Source: a virus. From it: a stretch of 64,000 bases of DNA. Below are positions 20,086-28,350 of the stretch, in pieces. The stretch lies in the IMG/VR virus record IMGVR_UViG_3300032247_000624, positions 4,277 to 68,276 of that record; one strand, given 5' to 3'. How positions within the stretch are numbered: the stretch's first letter is position 1; each line of letters begins with the position of its first letter. Position numbers and translations under genes: made by a program. The notes beneath the pieces are model-generated. The model saw nothing but the letters and a program-made list of their open reading frames with translations, was not told the origin of the DNA and made no database searches.

Positions 20086-21096
20086 TTAACCAATCTTGCG
20101 ATCAACAACGGATCTAGTGTTTCTTTCGCCTTGGTTTTCATTGTCACCTGTACGGGCTCCAACATTTAAACCTTTAGGAGAAGTTTGTTCACCTTTGCTG
20201 TAGTCGCCAACTTTCTTCAAGTTCTTGACACCCATTTTGCCACCTGGAACATTACCAGCTTCTTTAGCAAACTTGTCGCCGCTTTCTGGCTGAATGCCAC
20301 GGTTTACTTTGCCTGGGCTTGTACCTGTGTTGCTTTGACCTTCGTCGCCGCCTTGACCAATGTTTTTAGCAGTAGCACCAGTTGTTGGCTTACCCTTACC
20401 AGAACTTACTACGCTCTTGGGATTAGTTTCACCATCACGGCTAAAGTCACCAGAACCAGCACCTACTGGCTCACCTTTAGGGCCTTTTTGTGCATTCTTG
20501 TCCCAGTCATGGCCAACTTTTTCAACGTATTCACGAGTCATACGACGATTTTCCATCATACCCATCATGTCTTCGTCGGCATCTTCTCCATCGTCCATGT
20601 CCATTTCGTCATCGCTGTCCATGTCCATTTCATCTTCTTCTTTACCTTGAGCTTGCTCAAGTTCGGCAAAAGCGGCTTCTAGTTCAGCAATCGCGTTCTT
20701 GATGTCCATGATCGCGCTGTCTTCTTGATCTTCATGATTGTGTTCGTCATCCTTTGGAGCGTCAAAGTTGTCGCCATCAGCAGAAATATCACCACCAAAG
20801 TCATCAGTTTCGTCGCCAGTTTCATCGCTATCCATCATGTATGAATCTTCGGACTCGTCCATGTCTGCGTCAAAGGCTTCTTCCATATCTTCGTCGGCTG
20901 CCTCTTCCATATCTTCGTCGGCTGCCTCTTCCATATCTTCGTCACGGGCTTCTTCCATATCCTGATCTTCTTCAGCGATAAGGTTTTCATAAATTTCACG
21001 ACTCTTCTCTACAACGATTTCATGGAAAAGCTCGTTAGCCTTTTCGTGATCCTCGTTTACAAGATAGTCTAATAGTTGTTCAAATTTTGTAGACAT
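20086..21096 (-). CDS. Acidic prohead core protein (gp67/68-like position)
   Basis: Highly D/E-rich N-half and G/K-rich C-half, between portal and protease genes. AGGAG SD. Confidence 0.7.
   Translation of the reverse strand: MSTKFEQLLDYLVNEDHEKANELFHEIVVEKSREIYENLIAEEDQDMEEARDEDMEEAADEDMEEAADEDMEEAFDADMDESEDSYMMDSDETGDETDDFGGDISADGDNFDAPKDDEHNHEDQEDSAIMDIKNAIAELEAAFAELEQAQGKEEDEMDMDSDDEMDMDDGEDADEDMMGMMENRRMTREYVEKVGHDWDKNAQKGPKGEPVGAGSGDFSRDGETNPKSVVSSGKGKPTTGATAKNIGQGGDEGQSNTGTSPGKVNRGIQPESGDKFAKEAGNVPGGKMGVKNLKKVGDYSKGEQTSPKGLNVGARTGDNENQGERNTRSVVDRKIG
20880..20961. repeat. 24-bp tandem repeat (about 3.4 copies) encoding DEDMEEAA
   Basis: CTTCCATATCTTCGTCGGCTGCCT occurs twice exactly, followed by a diverged third copy and a partial fourth. 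Confidence 0.9.
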
Positions 21097-21279
21097 AATT
21101 TTAATTCTCCTGTTAGGTTAGCGGCATTGCTATAGCTTTATTTACAGGGAGATTAAAATAGATGTGTGAAATAGGCCTAAAATCAGTCGTTTTGGCCTTT
21201 TAGTGACAGAGTTAGCTCTGTTTTTGATATCTTTTCGTCAAAAATATTTAGTTTCTGACAGGAAAAGTTATAGTATACT

Positions 21280-21525
21280 TTATCCAGCGGCAGCTTCTGG
21301 CGGAGGAGCCGCGTACATTTTTCTAGTCAACCCCAATTCCTGTTTCTTTTCTTTCTCACGAGCATCGCCTGCTTTGCGCAGATCATTAAGCATGCCTAGC
21401 GTTAATCTAGTCTTTCTTAATTCTTTATCTTTCAAAACACTGGTGTCGTTTTGGCTTAGATAGCGATCGTCCTCCTGAGGAGCCTCGTGTTCTTTGTCAA
21501 AATACATGAATTCTCTAAGTATCAT
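21280..21525 (-). CDS. Small head-module protein (about 81 aa)
   Basis: MILREFMYFD...RKTRLTL. ATG at 21525 lies 7 nt after TAAATA. The ORF track uses an upstream TTG at 21531. Confidence 0.75.
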   Translation of the reverse strand: MILREFMYFDKEHEAPQEDDRYLSQNDTSVLKDKELRKTRLTLGMLNDLRKAGDAREKEKKQELGLTRKMYAAPPPEAAAG

Positions 21526-21542
21526 AGTCAAGTATTTATCAA

Positions 21543-23282
21543 TTATTGGGGAGGAGCTTCACCAGTGTCACCACCAGGAGCGGGACTCATTGATCCATCG
21601 GTGGGAGCATTTTCATCTCCCATTTCAGGCGGAGCAGTGTTGTCGCCCAATCCGCTGATATCGCCAGCCATGCCATTGGCAGTAATACCAGCTGTGCGCA
21701 ATTCTGCGCTGGCACTTAATTGCGTATCATCGTCGATATTTTCTTCTTTCCACAATGTTTCATTTTCTGTAACTTCCTCAGCAGTCAATCCCAAGAATCT
21801 TTTTAGAGCAAATCTCTTGGATATCATGGGAATGGCCACCATGGTGTTGAATGTGTTCACACGAGCAGTATCCATTTCAGCTTGACGGTAACTGGCAAAA
21901 TTTTGTGGTGGATTAAATTTTAAGTCAAAAATATTGCTGTCTATGTTGATGCCCTTGTTATGTAGGTATAACTTGAACTCAAGATCAAACGGCTCATTCA
22001 TTAATGATTGTAGTCGCTCGCAATATTTGTTGAATCGTAACTCTTGTATATAGGCTGTCCCGACTCGTCCGTCATTGAAGTTGCTTCCTCCGTCATCACT
22101 ACCAGTTGGTAGGTAGCTACTTGGAATACGAAGAGCACGAAATAGCTTATTAGTAAAGTACTTAAGATCATCAATTTCCCCTAAATTAGTCCCACCTGGA
22201 AGAATTTCAACTTTACTGCCACGGCCTTCTGCTGTGGTAGGGAAGAAATAGTCTTCGTTGACGCTGAGTGGATTATAACTAGCATCAATAACACTGGCGC
22301 CCCCACCAGTATTACTGGGAATTCTGCGTTGATTCACTTCGTTTTTTACACGTTCTACAAAGCTCATAGCCAAGTGACTAGGCATGTTGCCTACATCAAT
22401 ATAAAACACACGACGCTCTGGAGCACGTTGTATACGATAGATTAAAATCGCATCTTCCAATAACTCTTTTTGTTTGAATACTTTGAAGATACTTTCCATC
22501 AAACTATTGCCAAATGGGAAATTGCTGTCCAAACCTTCGCTCATAGATATGTGTATCACATGGCGAGCATCTATAGCATACTGGTTTTGATTTTGACTAA
22601 ATCGACTGCTATTTGCGGTGGTTGGATAGGAACCAACCATACCTCTACTACCCCCGGCACCGCCCTGTCCAGAGCCATAAGAACCGCCAAATTGACTGCC
22701 ACCGCCATTAACATTGCTGGGCTGTATCGCTGTAGTAGCCAATGTTTCAAAGTTAGGATTAAAGTCACGAATATGATATTGCTCAGGCTTCTTACCTTCG
22801 CTTTCATTTACAATAATTTTATCTACTTTGGCTGGATCCACATACATCCATGTCTGTGTTTCAGGATCACGCACAAAAAAGCTGTCACCATACTTGAACG
22901 CATTACGCACAATTTTGAATATGCGAACGGGAAATTTGTTCAGTTTACACCACTGCTGTAGATACTTTTTGATGATCTTAATTTCAGTATTAGTAGCTTG
23001 TTCTTTAAAATATATTTGAAAAGGTGTGCCGTTTTCTTCGTTGGTCTGACTACAAAACTCTGCTAAAATATCAAAGGCAGCATTGACTTCACTGTCGCTG
23101 TCCATGGTATCATATTGGCCGTAACGCTCTAAACGATTGGGATGGCCAGCATATACATCAGGCAAGTAACTGGAATAGTTGGTGCGGCTGGGGTTACTGC
23201 TACCCGCTGTACTCATGCTACCACTTACGGGACTGAGTTTGCCTGAAAGGTTAACAGGGGTAAAGTACTTTTTCCAGCTCAT
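21543..23282 (-). CDS. gp20: Portal protein (gp20)
   Basis: LLEDAILIYRIQRAPERRVFYIDVGNMP, EDYFFP, GRGSKVEILPGG, YFTNKLFRALRIPSS. Confidence 0.97.
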   Translation of the reverse strand: MSWKKYFTPVNLSGKLSPVSGSMSTAGSSNPSRTNYSSYLPDVYAGHPNRLERYGQYDTMDSDSEVNAAFDILAEFCSQTNEENGTPFQIYFKEQATNTEIKIIKKYLQQWCKLNKFPVRIFKIVRNAFKYGDSFFVRDPETQTWMYVDPAKVDKIIVNESEGKKPEQYHIRDFNPNFETLATTAIQPSNVNGGGSQFGGSYGSGQGGAGGSRGMVGSYPTTANSSRFSQNQNQYAIDARHVIHISMSEGLDSNFPFGNSLMESIFKVFKQKELLEDAILIYRIQRAPERRVFYIDVGNMPSHLAMSFVERVKNEVNQRRIPSNTGGGASVIDASYNPLSVNEDYFFPTTAEGRGSKVEILPGGTNLGEIDDLKYFTNKLFRALRIPSSYLPTGSDDGGSNFNDGRVGTAYIQELRFNKYCERLQSLMNEPFDLEFKLYLHNKGINIDSNIFDLKFNPPQNFASYRQAEMDTARVNTFNTMVAIPMISKRFALKRFLGLTAEEVTENETLWKEENIDDDTQLSASAELRTAGITANGMAGDISGLGDNTAPPEMGDENAPTDGSMSPAPGGDTGEAPPQ

Positions 23283-23295
23283 AGTTTATGTTCTC

Positions 23296-25668
23296 TTAAT
23301 GATTTAGGTAGTTGGGATTCAATGCTTTGACCGCACTCACAGTTTTACTGGTATTATCTGATGTTGCGGCCATGTATCGAGTCAATGCTGCCATGTTAGT
23401 ATTTAACTGACTTATCACTTGCGCTAGGGCTTTCTGATCTGTGCTGGACGCTCCAGCAGAAGTATTCCCCAAAGATTCTCTGGCCAATCTGCTGACTTCT
23501 GCCGATACCTGTGGTTTTTTCATTAAATCAGTTACTCTCTCTGCTTTGGCCACATCAATCAAAGTAATGGCCGCGCCAAATGCCATATAACCTTGTCCAA
23601 ATGCCTGTAGTGCTGGACCAAGAACAGTTAGATCTGCTATACTGCCTTTTAATCTAGACACACTGCTGTTAATGACATCAATGGTATCCTTGGCTCCAAA
23701 GAATTTTGAAAAACTGCCCATTATGTTACTGAACACAGTGCCTGCGGCAGCCAAGGGACTACCTACGCCAAACGCAGCCAATGCCAAGCCCAATGCGCCA
23801 ATACCTTTGCCAGTTTCTACCAATGCTTTGCCATTAATGTAAGTAAATGACATAAATCCTTCGGCCAAAGTTGGCAATGTTTTGCCCAATAGCCAAGTTG
23901 CGCCAGCAATGGCCGCACCTACTTGAATAATAACTGCAGCAATAGCTGTTCCGCCTAACCCTACCCATAATCCCATTCTTCCAACAGCTGCAAGTGCTGT
24001 GCCAACAGATTGAATTGAAGCACCTAAACCAACGCCACCGGCACCACTTGCTGCCGTTCCTGCTACAGTAGTTGCTACTGATCCAGCAATACCAGTACCA
24101 CCCCTAATGATGTTCATGGCCTGTTTGGCAAATAGATAGCCTTCTAAAAGTTTGAACGCACCCCACAACGCAATAGCACCTATGGCCACTTTTTCAAATG
24201 TTTTGGCATTGTCTTTTACATAGGTAGCTAGATTCCCCAAACTTATTATAAATTCTTGAATCTTGGGCATATAATCTTTTCGAAATTGGTTTAAGGCAGT
24301 TATTATTTCCTCTCTAGCTTGACGCATGGCTTTTTGATTAGCAACTTCTGCGGCCGCCTGTGATTTTGCCATTTTGTCTTTATCTTCAGATTCGGCCATT
24401 GCCGCTAGAATTTCTTTATCTGTCATTGTGGCTGCTTGATTGGCGCTGATACCCAATGCGTTTAGCGCATCACCCACTGCGCCGCCTTGTCTTGATATGG
24501 CAAACGATGTACTGTTGCCATATTTGGCTATGTCTGCTTGTGCCGCACGTATGCCTTTCACCATCAAGACTTTTTGATCGTCTACTGTTTTGGATTTGTC
24601 CATTACTGTATTGGCTATTTGATCAACTACCTTTGCCTGTTTGCCAGCCACTGCTATGTACATAGCGCCCGCCTTGTCAGGAGCAACACCCATAATTTTA
24701 GATTGGAAAGCATCTACTGCGCCTTTGCCACCCAGTGCCAAAGCTCTTGCCATACCCTCAGTGGCCTTCTTTTGTGCCTCCGGTCCTAATGTGGCCAATT
24801 TAGCCTGGAAAGCGGCATTTTTGCTGGCTTGATCTAATTCAGCTTGCTGTTGCTCTCTGGTCTTACCACTAATTCTAGCCAGCCCATCTAGAGTTTCAAG
24901 ATAAGAGGTGGTTGATGCAATTAAGGCATCAGTGTTCTCCATTTCTTTTGATGTCCTACCGCCAGTCATCCGTATATAACTGACCATGCCTTGATTGAGC
25001 TGTTCAGTAGTATACCCCAGGGCCTGTAAATGAGTACCTGCTTCACTGTTGACAAACTGATTGGAAGCATTGGCAAAAGCCTTAAAGGCCTTGTCTGAGC
25101 CGCCACCCATCATGGCAAATGCGTCACTGTTTTTAACTACCAGTCCCGACAATTGATCAAATGTCAACCCCATGTTGGATGCCGCAATGCGCAGATCATT
25201 TATTGCGCCACCAAAATTAACTCCTGATTCTGTTAATTTTTGATAGGAAGCAAAATTTTCTTCTTGCATTTTTTGTAGAAAAGCTAGACCGTTAGCAACC
25301 ATGCCCAAGGGTCCAGGCAGTCCACCAAATGCCGACAACACATCGCTCATGTTGTTACTGCCCGAAGCAATGGCCTTCATGGATTGGATTACGCCATCAA
25401 TGGCAGGCCGAAAGAAGCTGAACGCACTTGAGACTAGGCTTACCATTGCATTGAACTTTTCTAGCCGCGTGTAGCTGTCCACAAACGCATGGTTGACATT
25501 TTCAATCCCGTGTGCGTCAATGCCTGCCTTGGTGGCAAGGTCCATTATCTCCTGCATTTTTTTCACCGAGCCTGTGGTGGCCAGTAATAATGCTTTCAGC
25601 GTGGCTTCTGTGGCCGCATTGTTTAATTGAACTTCTTCGCCACCTATGTGACCATGTACGTCTGCCAT
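23296..25668 (-). CDS. Putative tail tape-measure protein (790 aa)
   Basis: Ala/Gly-rich helical protein with hydrophobic segments in the C-half and NNAATEATL at the N-terminus. Faces the tail-chaperone-like gene. Confidence 0.7.
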   Translation of the reverse strand: MADVHGHIGGEEVQLNNAATEATLKALLLATTGSVKKMQEIMDLATKAGIDAHGIENVNHAFVDSYTRLEKFNAMVSLVSSAFSFFRPAIDGVIQSMKAIASGSNNMSDVLSAFGGLPGPLGMVANGLAFLQKMQEENFASYQKLTESGVNFGGAINDLRIAASNMGLTFDQLSGLVVKNSDAFAMMGGGSDKAFKAFANASNQFVNSEAGTHLQALGYTTEQLNQGMVSYIRMTGGRTSKEMENTDALIASTTSYLETLDGLARISGKTREQQQAELDQASKNAAFQAKLATLGPEAQKKATEGMARALALGGKGAVDAFQSKIMGVAPDKAGAMYIAVAGKQAKVVDQIANTVMDKSKTVDDQKVLMVKGIRAAQADIAKYGNSTSFAISRQGGAVGDALNALGISANQAATMTDKEILAAMAESEDKDKMAKSQAAAEVANQKAMRQAREEIITALNQFRKDYMPKIQEFIISLGNLATYVKDNAKTFEKVAIGAIALWGAFKLLEGYLFAKQAMNIIRGGTGIAGSVATTVAGTAASGAGGVGLGASIQSVGTALAAVGRMGLWVGLGGTAIAAVIIQVGAAIAGATWLLGKTLPTLAEGFMSFTYINGKALVETGKGIGALGLALAAFGVGSPLAAAGTVFSNIMGSFSKFFGAKDTIDVINSSVSRLKGSIADLTVLGPALQAFGQGYMAFGAAITLIDVAKAERVTDLMKKPQVSAEVSRLARESLGNTSAGASSTDQKALAQVISQLNTNMAALTRYMAATSDNTSKTVSAVKALNPNYLNH

Positions 25669-25692
25669 TGTTTATCCAGGGTTTTCTGCGTA

Positions 25693-25737
25693 TATAAATA
25701 CTAAAAAGAAGATAACCTTTTATCTTAAACTTATTTA
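25693..25737. promoter_or_regulatory. Face-to-face late promoters flanking a palindrome
   Basis: TATAAATA (+, 25693-25700) and TAAATA (-, 25732-25737), with AAGATAA-CCTT-TTATCTT at 25709-25726 between them. Confidence 0.65.
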
Positions 25738-25752
25738 TTCGGAGAAAGAACC

Positions 25753-26619
25753 ATGGAAAATACTGTAGCCCAACCCATTAATCCATTAGCCATGTACATG
25801 CGACAGCCTAAGATTTATATTAGATTGCCCAGCAATGGTGAATATTGGGCGCCGGGCAGTTTGGATATAACAGAGAATGGTCAATATCCTGTTTATTCCA
25901 TGACTGCCAAAGATGAGCTATTGATCAAAGTTCCAGATGCGCTAATGAGCGGTCAAGCAATAGTTGATGTTATACAAAATTGTATGCCCAACATTAAAAA
26001 TGCTTGGTGTGTGCCCAATTTGGATTTAGACATTATTTTAATTGCCATTAGATTGGCTACCTATGGTGAATACATGGAGACTCCAATCAAATTTGGCGAA
26101 TTGGAATTACAATATTCTGTGGATTTGCGAATAGTCATGGACAATCTCATGAAATCAATCACATGGGATCCTGTGGTTGCCATCAGCGATGACATGACTG
26201 TGTTTGTGAAACCAGTGACCTATAAAGAAATTACCAAAGTTTCAACTCAGTCATTTGAAACTCAAAGGATCCTGCAGGTTGTGGGCAATGAAACATTATC
26301 AGATGAAGAAAAATTAAGAATGTTTCAAGAAAGTTTTAAAAAATTAACTGAAAGCACCATGGACATTGTAAGCGACAGTATCAGTAGCATACAAACTACC
26401 AATGGTAGTACATCTGATGCCAACTTTATAAAAGACTTTTTGGCCAACTCTGACAAGAGCATATTCAACAAGATTCAAAATCATCTAGAAAAAATGCGTG
26501 AGACTAATACTGTAAAACCACTCAACATTCAAGTAACTGATGAAATGCGGGAAGCAGGGGTTGAAGGCGAGTCTATTGAAGTTCCATTAACATTTGACGC
26601 ATCAACTTTTTTCGTGTAA
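25753..26619 (+). CDS. gp26: T4 gp26-like baseplate hub protein / tail assembly chaperone (288 aa)
   Basis: RQPKIYIRLPS, MTAKDE and DLDIILIAIRLATYGE motifs. GGAG SD. Ends TFFV over a slippery run. Confidence 0.75.
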   Translation: MENTVAQPINPLAMYMRQPKIYIRLPSNGEYWAPGSLDITENGQYPVYSMTAKDELLIKVPDALMSGQAIVDVIQNCMPNIKNAWCVPNLDLDIILIAIRLATYGEYMETPIKFGELELQYSVDLRIVMDNLMKSITWDPVVAISDDMTVFVKPVTYKEITKVSTQSFETQRILQVVGNETLSDEEKLRMFQESFKKLTESTMDIVSDSISSIQTTNGSTSDANFIKDFLANSDKSIFNKIQNHLEKMRETNTVKPLNIQVTDEMREAGVEGESIEVPLTFDASTFFV

Positions 26620-26642
26620 GGCTTTTGTCACTGGACATGCCT
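26607..26642 (+). other. Candidate -1 programmed ribosomal frameshift (T TTT TTC plus hairpin)
   Basis: X XXY YYZ heptamer at 26607-26613 is in frame with the 288-aa ORF. The -1 frame is open into the 72-aa ORF. Hairpin AGGC-ttt-TGTC-actg-GACA-t-GCCT starts 5 nt downstream. Confidence 0.7.
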
Positions 26643-26843
26643 GGCATTGAAGAATTCATTAAAGAATATGATGCCAGTACAAAAGCCTTAAAAGAAGAAT
26701 TAATTAGAATTTGTTGGTTTATGAGGGGCGGGATCAGCTACAATGAAAGTCATTGCCTTACCTATGACGAACGTTTATTGGTATCCAAATTGATTGAAGA
26801 CAATCTAAAAGTTACCAAAGACACGCAACTGCCGTTCTTTTAA
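26625..26843 (+). CDS. Tail chaperone C-terminal extension / gp51-like domain, probably translated via the frameshift
   Basis: WFMRGGISYNESHCLTYDERLL resembles gpT/gpE'-type extensions. No SD precedes its TTG/ATG. Confidence 0.65.
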   Translation: MSLDMPGIEEFIKEYDASTKALKEELIRICWFMRGGISYNESHCLTYDERLLVSKLIEDNLKVTKDTQLPFF

Positions 26844-27886
26844 AGACTCATTCCCAAAAATCTACTGTAGCCCACTTGCTCATTTACAGGATCCACTGAT
26901 TGGGTTTGTTGTGTTTTGGCCAATTCAGCATCTGCTTGATCCAATTGAGTACGCAGTGCTTTACGGCCATTCTGATCCAATTTCTTATAGTAGGCAACTA
27001 CTGCCGCAGTGTTAATTGCGGGCGCTTGCTGTCCGTTGCTGGATCTATTAACACTGCCACCGCCTGTGCCGCCACTAGTTGCTGTCCTGGCAGTAGGTGT
27101 ACCTGCGGCAGTTGATTGATTACCAGTTCCGCTGGCTTGGCGCACAGTGTTTGATGTTTTGCTATTTTTTTCAGCTACGGCTGCGGAAATAATTTGACTC
27201 ACCATCTTGTTGTCCAAGGGCAGGTCATTGCCAGCATCTTCTCTAACTTTAGTAAATTTTGGAGATCCATCTGGATTTGCTCCCGTCAACTTTGTGCCAC
27301 CAGCCTTGACAAAATCGCTGAATCCACTACCGGTTTGACTTGCTGTTGTTTGACCGGCTGCTCTCTTACCTTGGATCTCTGCTTTCTTAGCGGCAATCTG
27401 TTGAGGTGTTAGCTTACCGCCAGTTGGTGGAGGTGTAGCGGCACCAGGTTGTTGTGCTACTTGATTGTCTGCGCCTTGTGTTGCAGCAGGAGCGGCAGTT
27501 GGTTGTGGAGTTGCTGCAGGATCCGTAGTTGGTGTGGGGCTAGCGCTGGATTGAACCTGTTTGATCAGCGCATCCACGCGGCCAGTTAACGGCAACCCCT
27601 GCTGTTGCATCCACCCAGTCAAATGACCCAGTGTGGGTGTTGACATGCCAGAAGTACCTAGGAAGGTTTGATACTGCTTCATAACTTCATTAGCACTCTT
27701 GCCCAATTGCTTGATACCTTTAGCCCTAGCACGAGTGTTTGAATTAAATGGGTGTACCTGCTGTAAATTTGTTTTTAATCGAGATAAGAAATTTTGAGGT
27801 TTATCGTTAGAATTACCTGCGCTTGTCGCATTGATGTTTAATTCACTAACTTCTTCAGTTTCTATAATAATATCTGACAAACGCAT
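26840..27886 (-). CDS. Hypothetical low-complexity protein, candidate internal head/ejection protein (348 aa)
   Basis: N-terminus MRLSDIIIE, Q/A/T/P-rich, AAGGA SD, exact TATAAATA at 27912-27919. Confidence 0.65.
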   Translation of the reverse strand: MRLSDIIIETEEVSELNINATSAGNSNDKPQNFLSRLKTNLQQVHPFNSNTRARAKGIKQLGKSANEVMKQYQTFLGTSGMSTPTLGHLTGWMQQQGLPLTGRVDALIKQVQSSASPTPTTDPAATPQPTAAPAATQGADNQVAQQPGAATPPPTGGKLTPQQIAAKKAEIQGKRAAGQTTASQTGSGFSDFVKAGGTKLTGANPDGSPKFTKVREDAGNDLPLDNKMVSQIISAAVAEKNSKTSNTVRQASGTGNQSTAAGTPTARTATSGGTGGGSVNRSSNGQQAPAINTAAVVAYYKKLDQNGRKALRTQLDQADAELAKTQQTQSVDPVNEQVGYSRFLGMSL

Positions 27887-27924
27887 TTGAGTTTCCTTTG
27901 GGGTTATGATTTATTTATATACGG

Positions 27925-28340
27925 AATTGAGCTAAAGCTCAATTGCTTCTACGCTTCGCTTGAAGCACATTTTACTTCGTAGAAGTTAAGTATTATCTAG
28001 ATCGTTCAGTCACACTTTGCCCTGGCGGGCAAAGTGAAATAACATTATCTGAGTCGAACATGTATCACCTAGCGTTACAACATTACAGAGGCGGTTGGCC
28101 TGTACCTCGAGTTGCGTCTTTATCCAGCGGCGGCTTATGTATATACGCTAACATATACATAAACGTAGGGCATACTATCCCTTCATTTTGCTTATTCTTT
28201 ATTTTCAAACATCTAAACCGCAAGCAGTTATGCGATCTTCATCCTTTCGGGTAGTAGATGAGTGCTTGCTTCAGCGGCAAGTCTTCCGTCCCTCGTTTTA
28301 TAGAGTTGTCACTAGGCACCCGAGCTAGGCCGGTGCGAGC
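27925..28340 (-). ncRNA. Putative large structured non-coding RNA (about 300-420 nt)
   Basis: No credible ORF. Nested long-range helices 28305-28318/28066-28081 and 28286-28294/28088-28094. Perfect 10-bp stems 28013-28036 and 28135-28162. CC-GAAA-GG tetraloop on the minus strand at 28243-28250. Confidence 0.6.
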
Positions 28341-28350
28341 CATTCCTGAA

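Noticed and set aside
20880-20961. 24-bp repeats as a CRISPR or guide array
   Set aside because: They are head-to-tail with no spacers, in frame within a coding sequence, and no cas genes are present.
22620-22720. Gly-rich insert in the portal as an intein or intron
   Set aside because: It is short and low-complexity with no intein C/S...HN motifs, so it is most likely a flexible loop.
28060-28254. 64-aa plus-strand ORF inside the structured intergenic region
   Set aside because: No SD, atypical composition and opposite to the local transcription direction. RNA structure explains the region better.
27925-28340. Identification of the structured region as tRNA/tmRNA, RNase P, or a group I/II intron
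   Set aside because: A GTTCGACTC T-loop-like word (minus strand, ~28051-28059) lacks a proper T-stem or cloverleaf. I found no GAGGAAAGUCC, no convincing P7 (R/S) pair, no well-paired domain V and no interrupted host gene. A covariance search is still needed to exclude these formally.
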